This document shows, piece after piece, positions 15,685-25,382 of a stretch of DNA of 32,000 bases. Positions within the stretch are counted from its first letter, which is position 1. Each line of letters begins with the position of its first letter. The DNA lies in assembly GCF_001652585.1 (NCBI RefSeq), contig NZ_LWLG01000010.1:1-32000 (forward strand). Direction: 5' to 3'. Below the pieces are notes generated by a model, which did not search any database, was not told where the DNA came from, and worked only from the letters and a program-made list of their open reading frames with translations. The DNA is from Thermosulfurimonas dismutans (GTDB taxonomy: Bacteria; Desulfobacterota; Thermodesulfobacteria; Thermodesulfobacteriales; Thermodesulfobacteriaceae). The position numbers were made by a program, and so were the translations under genes.

Positions 15685-16758
15685 TCAATAAGAATAGCGT
15701 CTTAAAAAGATGATAGCCAACAAAGTGGGCAAGATCAAACTCAAAGGGAGGGCGAGATACGGAGAGATATACCCTCCGGCTGAAAGGATCTTAGCCGAAA
15801 AGATGAGGGCGTAGGAGGCCACGATGATGAGAAGTCCCGCCGAAAGCCCCTTGGCCGAAGCCCTTTTACCCCGAAAACACAGAAAGGCCGTGAGAGCAGG
15901 AAATAGCATCACGGGCGCCAGGAAAGGATAAATCAAACGAAATACCATCTCTGAGAGGGGTTCGGCTGCTGAAAGGCCGGAGTCCTTGAGAAACCGATAT
16001 CTCTCATAGAGCTCTCGAAGAGCCAAAGCCTTGAGAGGACGCTTTACCGAAAGCATAACCCCTGGCGAAAAAGGTATGTCAAATTCTTGACGATCAAAGA
16101 TCTGGGGTTGAAAATTTCGGATCTTGTTTTCCACGACCCCGTGTTCGAGCAACCAACGTTTTTTCCCTAAAAAACGGGCCCTTCGGGCGTAAAGGATACG
16201 GACAGGAAGAAGGTCCCGGTGTTCAACAAAAAAGAATTCGGCCAGCCATTCGCCGCCGGGCTCAAGGGGTTTGGCGGAAAGCATAAAATCTCGACCGGTA
16301 AGAAAGAGCTTGCCCTCAGCAAGAAGACTTTGGGGGCGTTGGCCCTTAATTCGAACCTCCCAGGTATAGAGGGCCTGATAGGCACTTCGGGGCAAAGTCA
16401 AAGCTAGAAAGACCGAAGCCCCCAGGGAAAGGAGAAAGGCCACTGCCAGATAGGGTCCTATAAGCTTGCGGGGAGAAAACCCCAGACTTCTCAAAGCAAG
16501 AAGTTCCTGTCCCCGGGAAAGATAGGCCAGGGCCGCCAGGGCCGCAAAGGCCATAGCTGAAGGCCATATCTGAAAAAAGATTTCTGGAATCTTGAGCGCG
16601 AGATAAACCAGAAAATAATGGAAGGGGACTTTCTCTGAAAGAACATCCTCAAGCCTTTCAAAGAATTCCACCAATAGATAGAGGCCGGAGAGAGCCAGGA
16701 CGAAAAGGGGAATAAAGAGCTTTAAGGGAGAAAGTAAATAGCGCTGATAGAGCCTCAT
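15685..16758 (-). CDS. lptG: LPS export ABC permease, YjgP/YjgQ family (LptG by gene order; 357 aa)
   Basis: The protein is polytopic with N-terminus MRLYQRYLLSPLKLFIPLFVL. It is paired with a paralogue upstream through an ATGA overlap. The F versus G assignment is by order only. Confidence 0.8.
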   Translation of the reverse strand: MRLYQRYLLSPLKLFIPLFVLALSGLYLLVEFFERLEDVLSEKVPFHYFLVYLALKIPEIFFQIWPSAMAFAALAALAYLSRGQELLALRSLGFSPRKLIGPYLAVAFLLSLGASVFLALTLPRSAYQALYTWEVRIKGQRPQSLLAEGKLFLTGRDFMLSAKPLEPGGEWLAEFFFVEHRDLLPVRILYARRARFLGKKRWLLEHGVVENKIRNFQPQIFDRQEFDIPFSPGVMLSVKRPLKALALRELYERYRFLKDSGLSAAEPLSEMVFRLIYPFLAPVMLFPALTAFLCFRGKRASAKGLSAGLLIIVASYALIFSAKILSAGGYISPYLALPLSLILPTLLAIIFLRRYSY

Positions 16759-17840
16759 CGTCCCTCTCTCTTCTCAAAGTCACGAAACAGGAAAAGTGCC
16801 AGACCCAAGAAGAAAAGATTGGGCCAGGCCAAAGCTAGAAACGGAGGGAGCTTGCCCCCTTCCGCCAGGGTGGTTCCAAACGAAAATAATAGATAATACA
16901 AGAGATAAAGGAGAAGGCCGGCAGCCAAGGCCAATCCCCGTCCTGAAGCTCTAAGCCTGGCCCCCAAGGGAAGCCCCAAAAGTGGAAGAATGAGGGCCGA
17001 AAAAGGGTAAAAAAGCCGTTGATAGAACTCCGCAAGGTATTTGCGACGCTTGCGAAGAGGAAGCTTGGGGTCTCGGGCCTTCTTTAACAGAGCCCCCAAA
17101 TCTAACTCTCCGCGCTTAAATTCCCTTTTCTTTATCAGCCTTTCCATCGGAATCCGATAGATGTAGGTGCCGAAATAGAAATTTTCGGCCTCCGAAAGAT
17201 CCTTTGAAAGGAAATGGCCTTCTCCCTTCTCGAGACGTAGTTCTATTTCACCTCTTTTTATCCGTAATTCTCCCTTTTCGGCATAGACAAATCCCACCTT
17301 TTGATTACCACTCTCCTCAAAGAGATAAAAATCCTTGAAACGAAAGCCCTTTTTAACTTTATGAGCATAAAGAAGAAGGCCCGGGAACCAATCCACAGGG
17401 GTCTTTTCTGGTAATCCTTTTTCAAGCCGACGTTTAAACACCCCAAATAGGGTATCCCGCATATGACGCTTGGCTACCGGGAGGAAGACGAGGTTAAGAA
17501 CGAGAATGATCAGGAATATGACTAACGAAAAATAAGTTACTGGAATTAAAAGTTTTCGAGGAGATACTCCGAGAGCCGAAAAAGCCAGGATCTCCTGGTC
17601 ATGAGCCAAACGCATAAAAGCCAATAAAGTTCCAGTAAGAGCCGCTAGAGGAAGAGCAAAAGGCAAAAGAAAGAATAGTAAGTAACCAGAAAAACTTATC
17701 AAATCAGAAAAGGTGCCACCTTTTTGGAATAATTCTGGACCAAAATCCATTATTCTAGTTAAAAAGAGCAAGAAAAGAACTACAAAGAGAGCGACTAAAA
17801 AGTTTGAAAGAATCTCCCTTATGAGATATCTTTTGAGCAC
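16755..17840 (-). CDS. lptF: LPS export ABC permease, YjgP/YjgQ family (LptF by gene order; 361 aa)
   Basis: The GTG start gives the N-terminus MLKRYLIREILSNFLVALFVVLFLLF, typical of LptF/LptG. It has six TM-like segments with a central periplasmic domain. Confidence 0.8.
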   Translation of the reverse strand: MLKRYLIREILSNFLVALFVVLFLLFLTRIMDFGPELFQKGGTFSDLISFSGYLLFFLLPFALPLAALTGTLLAFMRLAHDQEILAFSALGVSPRKLLIPVTYFSLVIFLIILVLNLVFLPVAKRHMRDTLFGVFKRRLEKGLPEKTPVDWFPGLLLYAHKVKKGFRFKDFYLFEESGNQKVGFVYAEKGELRIKRGEIELRLEKGEGHFLSKDLSEAENFYFGTYIYRIPMERLIKKREFKRGELDLGALLKKARDPKLPLRKRRKYLAEFYQRLFYPFSALILPLLGLPLGARLRASGRGLALAAGLLLYLLYYLLFSFGTTLAEGGKLPPFLALAWPNLFFLGLALFLFRDFEKREGR

Positions 17841-17856
17841 GTATTGATTTTAGACT

Positions 17857-19413
17857 ATGGGTGGCTTCTCTGCCATAGAACTTTCAGTCTTTTACGCCCT
17901 TTTTACCTCGGTGGCCGAGGAGATGGGGACAGTACTCCAGCGTTCGGCTTTCTCTCCCAATATCAAGGAAAGGAGAGACTTTTCCTGTGCCCTTTTCGAT
18001 GGCCAAGGCCAACTATTGGCCCAGGCCGCCCATATCCCAGTTCACTTGGGAGCCCTTCCGGACACCGTGGCCGAAGTTCGGCAGGCATTCGAACTTCGGC
18101 CCGGAGACGTAGTGATCACCAACGATCCCTACCGGGGAGGAACCCACCTTCCGGATATCACTCTCATAAAACCGGTCTTCGTAAAAAACGCGCTTTCTTT
18201 TTTCTTGGCCGTGAGGGCCCATCATGCGGATGTAGGTGGTAAACATCCCGGCTCCATGAGCCTTGCCCGGCACATTGAAGAAGAAGGCCTTTTGATTCCG
18301 CCCACCAAACTTTTTGCAGAAGGCAAGTTCAATCATGAATTTTGGGAAAACTTTCTTTCTAAGGTAAGAGGGCGGGAAGAACGAGAGGGCGACCTGAGGG
18401 CCCAGTTGGCCGCCCTTGAGCGGGGGGAAGTACGACTGGTGGAATTGATAGCCCGTTACGGTTTAACCGAACTCCAGAACAGGGGGAAGGAACTTCAGGC
18501 GTACTCGGAACACTATATGCGTGAAATCATAAAAGAGATACCTCCAGGACGTTACTTCTTTGAAGATTATCTGGACGATGACGGTCTGAACACTAACCGT
18601 ATAGCCATCAGGGTTAGGATAGAGAGCCTAGGCGAAGAGGTAGTCGTAGATTTCAGGGACTCGGCCCCTCAATTAGAAACCAGTCTTAACGCCGTGCGTT
18701 CCGTAACTCGAGCAACGGTCTTTTACGTCTTCTTATGTCTTTCCGGAGGGCTCATCCCTCCGAACCAGGGAGCCCTCAGACCTTTGAAGATCCTTACTGA
18801 GCCCGGGACGGTGGTGGACGCCGTTTATCCGGCCCCGGTGGCCGGAGGCAATGTAGAGACCTCCCAGAGGATCGTTGATGCCCTTTTGGGGGCCTTGGCC
18901 CAGGCTCTACCGGAACGTATACCGGCGGCTTCATGTGGTTCCATGAACAATATAGCCTTTGGCGGCCTTTTCCAGGGTCGGGAGTTCGCCTACTACGAGA
19001 CCATCGGGGGCGGCATGGGCGGAAGACCGGGAGCCCCCGGCCTTTCCGGAATTCATACCCATATGACTAATACCTTGAACACCCCCATCGAGGCCCTGGA
19101 ACAGGGACTCCCGGTGGTAGTGGAGCGGTACGCCTTGAGGGAACGTTCCGGCGGGAGAGGGAAATTCCGGGGCGGCGACGGGCTTATCAGGCGCTTCCGC
19201 TTCACCTCTCCGGCCACGGTGAGTCTCCTTGCGGAGAGACGAAGACTGGCGCCTTATGGTCTTTTCGGAGGCGAACCGGGTAAAAGAGGACAAAATGTCT
19301 ACTTCGACCGTTACGGACGCAAACACATCCTTCCTGGAAAGGTCACCCTGGAGGTGGCCGCCGGAGAGGTCATTGAGATCCGTACTCCCGGCGGTGGGGG
19401 CTATGGGAAATAA
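17857..19413 (+). CDS. hyuB: hydantoinase B / oxoprolinase family protein (518 aa)
   Basis: IELSVFYALFTSVAEEMGTVLQRSAFSPNIKERRDFSCALFD...ITNDPYRGGTHLPD...GGGGYG are HyuB-family hallmarks. No hyuA partner is present in the window. Confidence 0.85.
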   Translation: MGGFSAIELSVFYALFTSVAEEMGTVLQRSAFSPNIKERRDFSCALFDGQGQLLAQAAHIPVHLGALPDTVAEVRQAFELRPGDVVITNDPYRGGTHLPDITLIKPVFVKNALSFFLAVRAHHADVGGKHPGSMSLARHIEEEGLLIPPTKLFAEGKFNHEFWENFLSKVRGREEREGDLRAQLAALERGEVRLVELIARYGLTELQNRGKELQAYSEHYMREIIKEIPPGRYFFEDYLDDDGLNTNRIAIRVRIESLGEEVVVDFRDSAPQLETSLNAVRSVTRATVFYVFLCLSGGLIPPNQGALRPLKILTEPGTVVDAVYPAPVAGGNVETSQRIVDALLGALAQALPERIPAASCGSMNNIAFGGLFQGREFAYYETIGGGMGGRPGAPGLSGIHTHMTNTLNTPIEALEQGLPVVVERYALRERSGGRGKFRGGDGLIRRFRFTSPATVSLLAERRRLAPYGLFGGEPGKRGQNVYFDRYGRKHILPGKVTLEVAAGEVIEIRTPGGGGYGK

Positions 19414-20540
19414 TGGAAGCGGCCCTTTATTTACATGTTCCCTTCTGTCGGCAAAAATGTCCCTATTGCGACTTTTACTCGGTACCCACAAAGCCAGAGG
19501 AGAAGATCTATCTCAAGGCCGTCCTACGGGAGGCCGAAATCTGGAAATCTGCGATCTCCGGAGACCTGAGCTTTGTGACCTTTTATGCCGGAGGCGGGAC
19601 TCCCTCCCTCCTGTCTCCCTCTTTCTATGAAAAACTCTTTGAAGGCCTTGGCCGACTTTTTGACTTCCGGCCCGAAGAGCTCACCCTAGAGGCCAACCCC
19701 GAAGGTTTAAACCGGGGGATACTTACGGCTTACCGAAAGGTGGGCTTTAACCGATTGAGTCTGGGACTTCAAAGCCTTTCCGAAAAGGGGCTCAGGGCCC
19801 TGGGGAGGAGACACACCCTGGAGAAGGCCTTCCGGGCCATTTCGGATGCAAGGGAGTCCGGGTTCGAAAATCTATCTGTGGATCTCATCTTCGGCTGGCC
19901 TGGAGAAACCCTAGAGGATCTCCAGAGGGAACTCGAAGGTATCCTCCGAATTTCTCCGGAACATCTTTCTTATTACGAGCTCACCCCAGAGAAAGGCACG
20001 CCTCTTTTTGAGGAGCTGGCGGCGGGGCGAACTCGGCTTCCCGAGGAGGATACAGTAGTAAGCATGTATCTAACCATTCACGAAAGCCTCTCCGCGGCGG
20101 GCTACCACCATTACGAAATCTCAAACTACGCCCGACCGGGCCATACCTGCCGCCACAACCTCTTTTACTGGAAGGCCCTCCCCTATTTAGGGCTTGGACC
20201 GGGAGCAGCCTCTTTCCTAGAGAACAAGCGCTATCGCACCCCCCCAAACCTCACTCTATATTATCGCGCTCTTTCCGAGGATAAATTTCCGGCCATCCTT
20301 GAGGAGACCCTTTCCCCGGAAGAGGCCTTCCGGGAGGCCATCATCTTAGGCTTGAGGCTCCTTGAAGGCGTTTCAGCCCTCGAGCTCTACCGTCGCTTTG
20401 GTTTTGATCTTTTTCAAATCTTCTCCCAAGAGCTCGAAAAGCTCCTAAAAACCGGCTTAATAATCAAAGAAGGAGATCGGCTTAGGCTTAGCCTTCGCGG
20501 CGTTATCCTCTCAAATCAGGTTAAACTTTATTTTCTTTAA
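19413..20540 (+). CDS. hemW: radical-SAM heme chaperone HemW / HemN-like (375 aa)
   Basis: LYLHVPFCRQKCPYCDF carries the CxxxCxxC radical-SAM motif, with GGGTPS downstream. The ATG overlaps the hyuB TAA by 1 nt. Confidence 0.85.
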   Translation: MEAALYLHVPFCRQKCPYCDFYSVPTKPEEKIYLKAVLREAEIWKSAISGDLSFVTFYAGGGTPSLLSPSFYEKLFEGLGRLFDFRPEELTLEANPEGLNRGILTAYRKVGFNRLSLGLQSLSEKGLRALGRRHTLEKAFRAISDARESGFENLSVDLIFGWPGETLEDLQRELEGILRISPEHLSYYELTPEKGTPLFEELAAGRTRLPEEDTVVSMYLTIHESLSAAGYHHYEISNYARPGHTCRHNLFYWKALPYLGLGPGAASFLENKRYRTPPNLTLYYRALSEDKFPAILEETLSPEEAFREAIILGLRLLEGVSALELYRRFGFDLFQIFSQELEKLLKTGLIIKEGDRLRLSLRGVILSNQVKLYFL

Positions 20541-20574
20541 AGAATCCCCAACTTTTGGCCAAATTCTAGCCTGA

Positions 20575-20604
20575 TTGACTTTTAAGATGAAAGCGTTATA
20601 TATA
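20575..20604 (+). promoter_or_regulatory. sigma-70-type promoter for tRNA-Gly (and possibly the rimP operon)
   Basis: TTGACT (20575-20580), an 18-nt spacer, then TATATA (20599-20604). The tRNA 5' end lies 8 nt downstream at 20612. Confidence 0.45.
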
Positions 20605-20611
20605 GTAATGG

Positions 20612-20686
20612 GCGGGCATAGCTCAGGGGTAGAGCATCAGCTTCCCAAGCTGAGGGTCGCGGGTTCGAATCCCGTTGCCCGCTCCA
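20612..20686 (+). tRNA. tRNA-Gly (anticodon CCC), CCA encoded
   Basis: I folded the cloverleaf by hand. The acceptor stem is GCGGGCA/TGCCCGC and the D stem is GCTC/GAGC. The anticodon stem is TCAGC/GCTGA with loop TTCCCAA. The T stem is GCGGG/CCCGT with loop TTCGAAT. The discriminator is U73, and the C2-G71 and G3-C70 glycine identity pairs are present. Confidence 0.95.
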
Positions 20687-20702
20687 AAAAATTTAGATGC
20701 CC

Positions 20703-20731
20703 AAAAAGTGGGCCTGAGTGCCCACTTTTTT
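20703..20731 (+). terminator. rho-independent terminator/attenuator after tRNA-Gly
   Basis: AAAAAGTGGGC (20703-20713) pairs with GCCCACTTTTT (20720-20730), with a 6-nt loop and a T6 run. Confidence 0.8.
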
Positions 20732-20777
20732 GTTATGGTCTCCTGAAAAGGGGATGGGAGCTTAAAGAAGGGGAAAT

Positions 20778-21245
20778 ATGGAAAAGGAGAAATTAATAAA
20801 AGAAATCTGGGAACTGGCCGAGCCATTGGTACTCGCCAAGGGGATGGAGTTGGTGGAGGTAGAATGGCAACGGGAGCGACAGGGCTGGGTACTGCGGCTT
20901 TATATTGACAAACCCGGAGGGGTAACCCTCGGAGACTGTGTAAAAATAAGCGAAATCGTGAGTGATTTATTAGATGCCAAAGACCTCATCCATCATTCCT
21001 ATCACCTGGAGGTCTCCTCTCCAGGTATAGATCGGCCTTTAAGGAAAAAGGAGGACTTCAAGCGTTTTGCTGGAGATAAGGTGAAGATCAGTTTAAAAAC
21101 ACCCCTTGAGGGAAGGAAGAACTTTACGGGCATTCTCAAGGGTATAGAGGGTGAGGAAGTGATCCTTGAAGTGAGTGAGGGCGAGGTAAGGATCCCTTAT
21201 GGAGAAATAAAGAAGGCCCATCTTAAGGCCGAAATCGAATTCTAA
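20778..21245 (+). CDS. rimP: ribosome maturation factor RimP (155 aa)
   Basis: ELVEVEWQRERQGWVLRLYIDKPGGVTLGDCVKISEIVSDLLD...YHLEVSSPGIDRPL is a RimP signature. The gene precedes nusA. Confidence 0.92.
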   Translation: MEKEKLIKEIWELAEPLVLAKGMELVEVEWQRERQGWVLRLYIDKPGGVTLGDCVKISEIVSDLLDAKDLIHHSYHLEVSSPGIDRPLRKKEDFKRFAGDKVKISLKTPLEGRKNFTGILKGIEGEEVILEVSEGEVRIPYGEIKKAHLKAEIEF

Positions 21246-21256
21246 GGGGTGGAATC

Positions 21257-22507
21257 ATGGCCGAGGATGTAAGGAAAATTGTGGAGATCATGAGCAAAGA
21301 GAAGGGGCTACCGAAGGATGTGATCATTTCAGCCCTGGTGGAGGGTATGCGCACCGCGGCCAAAAAACGCTTGGGGTCACAGGCCGAAGTGGAAGCCATC
21401 TATAACGAGGAAGAAGGCAAGATCGAAGTCTATCGTCTATACGAGGTGGTTGAGGAGGTCCACAATCCGGAAAAGGAAATTTCGCTGGCAGAGGCCCGCA
21501 AGAAGAACGCTTCGGTACGAGTGGGAGATACCATTGGCGAGCCGGTCAATATCAAAGACCTCGGCCGTATCGCCGCCCAACTTACCAAGCAGATCCTAAC
21601 CCAGAAGATCCGAGGAGCCGAAAAGGAACTCATTTATCAGGAATATAAAGACAAAGTGGGACAAGTGGTGAGTGGTTTTGTGCACCGATTCAGTCGCAAG
21701 GATGTCATCCTCTCTATAGGACGGGCCGAAGCCATGCTTCCCGAAAACGAACAGATCCCTACGGAACGCTATCACAGAGGAGAAAGGCTTAAGGCCCTTA
21801 TCCTTGAGGTTCGCCGCACTGGTGATCCCCAAATCATCGTCTCCCGCACTCATCCGGAATTTCTAAAGAAACTCTTTGAACGGGAAGTTCCCGAGATTCG
21901 GGAAGGGATCGTCAAAATTGTAGCGGTGGCCCGAGAACCCGGAAGGCGAGCCAAGATGGCCGTAACTTCAAAGGATCCCGACGTCGATCCGGTAGGAGCC
22001 TGCGTGGGACTGAGGGGCTCAAGGGTCCAAGTGGTGGTGCAGGAGCTCAAGGGAGAAAAAATAGACATCATTCCCTGGGATCCCGATCCGGCCAAATTGG
22101 TCTATAACGCCCTTTCGCCTGCGGAATGCACGCAGGTCATCGTAGACGAGGAGAACAAGACCCTTGAGGTCATTGTGCCAGATGACCAGCTCTCGCTGGC
22201 TATCGGCCGTGAGGGTCAAAACGTGCGGCTGGCCTCTAAACTGCTTGGCTGGCGGATTGACGTTTATAGTGAAAGCCAGTACGCTCGAAGGCAAGACCCA
22301 GAATTTCTAAAAATGCTTGAAATCGATGGGCTTTCGGAGGAAGTGGCCGGAAGATTATATGATAATGGATTTAAGAGTCTTAAAGAACTTGCGGATGCCG
22401 AGCCAGAAAAGATTGCAGAGGTTGGCCGAATAAAACTCTCGGAGGCCGAAGAGTTGATAAGGAAAGCCAGGGAGAAGCTCTCCGCGGGGGGCGATGGGCA
22501 AGGGTAA
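21257..22507 (+). CDS. nusA: transcription termination/antitermination factor NusA (416 aa)
   Basis: The NusA N-terminal domain, S1 domain (GQVVSGFVHRFSRKDVILSIG) and KH domains (DPVGACVGLRGSRVQVVVQEL; LSLAIGREGQNVRLASKLLGWRIDV) are all present. Confidence 0.95.
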   Translation: MAEDVRKIVEIMSKEKGLPKDVIISALVEGMRTAAKKRLGSQAEVEAIYNEEEGKIEVYRLYEVVEEVHNPEKEISLAEARKKNASVRVGDTIGEPVNIKDLGRIAAQLTKQILTQKIRGAEKELIYQEYKDKVGQVVSGFVHRFSRKDVILSIGRAEAMLPENEQIPTERYHRGERLKALILEVRRTGDPQIIVSRTHPEFLKKLFEREVPEIREGIVKIVAVAREPGRRAKMAVTSKDPDVDPVGACVGLRGSRVQVVVQELKGEKIDIIPWDPDPAKLVYNALSPAECTQVIVDEENKTLEVIVPDDQLSLAIGREGQNVRLASKLLGWRIDVYSESQYARRQDPEFLKMLEIDGLSEEVAGRLYDNGFKSLKELADAEPEKIAEVGRIKLSEAEELIRKAREKLSAGGDGQG

Positions 22508-22808
22508 ACACGTTCCCATCCGAACCTGCATTTTTTGTGGCCGAAAGATGGCTAAGTATGAGTTGCTACGGCTCGTTCTTGATGATGAAAAGCGCCCGAT
22601 ATGGGACAGAAAAAAATGTCTTCCCGGAAGGGGAGCTTACGTATGTCCTAGAGACGAATGCCTTCGTAAACTCGAAACCCAGAAAGGGAGGCGGCGTCTG
22701 GCCAAGGCCTTCAGAGGGCGTCTGGCCAGAGAAAATCCCGAACTTTTTAAAGTGCTTATAGAAGCCGCAGGAGGCCAGGATAAATATGACCAAAATCAGG
22801 ATTTATGA
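22494..22808 (+). CDS. ylxR: YlxR/DUF448 RNA-binding protein (104 aa)
   Basis: [23 protein letters not shown]...GRGAYVC is the DUF448 motif. The gene overlaps nusA by 14 nt and infB by 23 nt. Confidence 0.85.
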   Translation: MGKGKHVPIRTCIFCGRKMAKYELLRLVLDDEKRPIWDRKKCLPGRGAYVCPRDECLRKLETQKGRRRLAKAFRGRLARENPELFKVLIEAAGGQDKYDQNQDL

Positions 22809-25374
22809 CCTCGCAAAGGAGCTTGAGATTTCCCCTAAAGAGTTAGCCGAAAAGATCAAAGCTATGGGGATAGAGATCAAAAGTCATTCCTCCACCCTTA
22901 CGGAGGAAGAAGTGGAAAGGGTAATGGACATAATTTCTGAGGAAAAGAAACGGCCCGAGCCGAAAGAAAGCCCGAAGGTTTCTGAAGAGGAGGAGAAGTC
23001 TTCTCCTCAGGCCATCATCATAAAAAGACGTGAGGAAAAGGAAGCCAAGCCCAAGCGCATCAAGCTCAAGATTCGCCGCAAAAAGCCCAAGGCTGAAGAA
23101 GCCGCCCCTCCTGAACCCGTTCCCGAAAAAGGGCCTCCTGAGGCTAAACCCCTAGAAGCTCCCGAAGAAGTAGCTCCTCCAGAAAAGCCGAAGGAAGAAC
23201 CTGAAGGCAAACCCGAAGAAACCATCGAACTCAAGGCTCGTATAATCTCTAGGATAGAGACCGAAAAATTTGTCCCTGAAAAGAAACCCAAAAAGCGGAT
23301 AGTCAAGGACTTCAAACCTCGCAAGCCGGCGCCACCTCCACCTCCGGAAGAGGTCAAGGAAGAAAAAGAAAAGGAAAAGAAAAAGAAGAAGGTTAAAGTC
23401 GAACGACCGGAAGCGGAAGAGAAGCCCAAGAAAAAGAGTAAGAAAAAAGGCGCTCCTCCTAAAAGAGAACGGGAAGAGATCCTTGAGGAACTGGAATTGA
23501 TGGAGGAACTCGAAAAAGAGCCCGAAGGGCTCGAAATGCTAGCCGAAGAGGAGGAAAAGGAGGAGGCCAAGAAGGTTTCCCAAGAGAAAAAGGTTGAAAG
23601 GCCTCCTACCCTTCCTCCCAAGAAGAAAAAGATCAAAGTCCATGAAACTATTCAAGTGGGAGAACTGGCCAAGCTCATGGGGGTTCGGGCCGCGGATCTC
23701 ATCAAGAAGTTCATGGAACTCGGTACCATGGTGACCATCAATCAATCTATCGATGCCGAGACCGCGGCTATCGTGGCCTCGGAGTTCGGATACGAGGTCG
23801 AGGCCGCCACAGTGGAGGAGGAGGCCCTTCTAGAGTACGTGCCACCTTCTCCAGAGGAACTAAAACCCCGGCCTCCTATCGTGACCGTTATGGGACACGT
23901 GGATCACGGTAAGACCACCCTGCTTGATGCCATCCGGCACACGGATGTAGCCGCTAAGGAGGCCGGTGGTATCACCCAGCACATTGGAGCCTACAAGGTG
24001 AAGCTCCCCGATGGGCGAGAAATTACCTTTATCGACACTCCGGGACACGAGGCCTTTACCTCCATGCGAGCGCGCGGGGCCCAAGTTACGGACATTGTGA
24101 TCTTGGTAGTGGCCGCTGATGACGGGGTCATGGATCAAACCAGAGAAGCCATTGATCATGCTAAGGCAGCCGGAGTCCCTATCGTAGTAGCCATCAATAA
24201 GATAGACAAGCCCGAGGCCAATCCCGAACGAGTAAAGAGCGAACTTGCGGAACTCGGGCTGGTCCCTGAGGACTGGGGTGGCGAAACCCTTATGGTTGAA
24301 ATTTCGGCCAAGAAACGGCAGGGTATAGAGGATCTCCTTGAACTAGTCTTGCTTCAGGCCGAAATGCTTGATCTCAAAGCCGCCCCGGATCGTCCGGCTC
24401 GGGGACGTATTATTGAAAGCCGGCTCGATAAAGGCAAAGGGCCGGTGGCCACGGTCATCATCCAAGAAGGCACCCTCCGGGAGGGCGATCCCTTTGTGGC
24501 CGGTATGACCTACGGCCGGGTGCGGGCCATGCTAGATGAGTACGGTCGGAGGCTGAAGGAGGCTCCTCCGGCCACTCCGGTGGAAATCCTCGGTTTTGAA
24601 GAAGTCCCCCAGGCCGGTGACGACTTCATCGTGATGCCGGACGAAACTAAAGCTCGCCGGGTGGCTGAATATCGGCAGAGAAAGGCTCGCGAGGCCGAAG
24701 CCGCCAAAGAGGCCAGGCTTTCCCTGGAAAAGGTCTTCGAGAAGCTTCAGGAAGGCGAGATCAAAGAACTCAAGATCGTTCTCAAGGCCGATGTCCAAGG
24801 AACCCTTGAGGCTCTCTCCGACGCCCTCCGCAAACTCTCCACCGAAGAGGTCCGGGTGACCATCATCCGTTCCGGGATCGGAGCCATTTCCGAAAGCGAT
24901 GTCATGCTAGCAGCGGCTTCGGAGGCCATCGTCATAGGTTTTAACGTCCGGCCCACCTCCAAAGCCAAAGAAATCGCCAAACAGGAAAAAGTGGATATCC
25001 GCTATTATGACGTCATCTATCACGCCCTTGAAGAGATCAAAAAAGCCCTTTCCGGGTTGCTCGAGCCCGAATATGAGGAGAGGCTCTTGGGGGTGGCCGA
25101 AGTGCGGGCTACCTTCCGGGTGCCTAAAGTGGGCACGGTAGCGGGTTGTTACGTAAAAGAAGGGAAAATCGTCCGTGGAGGAAACGTGCGCCTCCTCCGG
25201 GAAGGAGTGGTGGTTTATACCGGAAAGATCGCCTCCCTCAAACGCTTCAAGGAAGACGTCAGGGAAGTGGCAGCCGGTTATGAGTGTGGTGTTGGGCTCG
25301 AAAACTTCAACGACATCAAAGAAGGCGATATGCTCGAAGTCTACGAGATGGTAGAAATCAAGCGGGAGATTTAA
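22786..25374 (+). CDS. infB: translation initiation factor IF-2 (862 aa)
   Basis: The IF2_N domain ([25 protein letters not shown]) is followed by a K/E/P-rich linker. The G domain carries [20 protein letters not shown] and NKID, and the C-terminal domains follow. Confidence 0.97.
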   Translation: MTKIRIYDLAKELEISPKELAEKIKAMGIEIKSHSSTLTEEEVERVMDIISEEKKRPEPKESPKVSEEEEKSSPQAIIIKRREEKEAKPKRIKLKIRRKKPKAEEAAPPEPVPEKGPPEAKPLEAPEEVAPPEKPKEEPEGKPEETIELKARIISRIETEKFVPEKKPKKRIVKDFKPRKPAPPPPPEEVKEEKEKEKKKKKVKVERPEAEEKPKKKSKKKGAPPKREREEILEELELMEELEKEPEGLEMLAEEEEKEEAKKVSQEKKVERPPTLPPKKKKIKVHETIQVGELAKLMGVRAADLIKKFMELGTMVTINQSIDAETAAIVASEFGYEVEAATVEEEALLEYVPPSPEELKPRPPIVTVMGHVDHGKTTLLDAIRHTDVAAKEAGGITQHIGAYKVKLPDGREITFIDTPGHEAFTSMRARGAQVTDIVILVVAADDGVMDQTREAIDHAKAAGVPIVVAINKIDKPEANPERVKSELAELGLVPEDWGGETLMVEISAKKRQGIEDLLELVLLQAEMLDLKAAPDRPARGRIIESRLDKGKGPVATVIIQEGTLREGDPFVAGMTYGRVRAMLDEYGRRLKEAPPATPVEILGFEEVPQAGDDFIVMPDETKARRVAEYRQRKAREAEAAKEARLSLEKVFEKLQEGEIKELKIVLKADVQGTLEALSDALRKLSTEEVRVTIIRSGIGAISESDVMLAAASEAIVIGFNVRPTSKAKEIAKQEKVDIRYYDVIYHALEEIKKALSGLLEPEYEERLLGVAEVRATFRVPKVGTVAGCYVKEGKIVRGGNVRLLREGVVVYTGKIASLKRFKEDVREVAAGYECGVGLENFNDIKEGDMLEVYEMVEIKREI

Positions 25375-25382
25375 TCACCGTC

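Noticed and set aside
17844-18242. 132-aa plus-strand ORF (TTG start) overlapping the hyuB 5' region
   Set aside because: It is an out-of-frame overlap with a clearly conserved HyuB N-terminus, and its translation is R/G/P/S-rich.
23007-23636. 209-aa minus-strand ORF antisense to infB
   Set aside because: It is a low-complexity S/F/G-rich translation of the complement of the K/E/P linker. It has no SD and no recognisable domain, so it is a shadow ORF.
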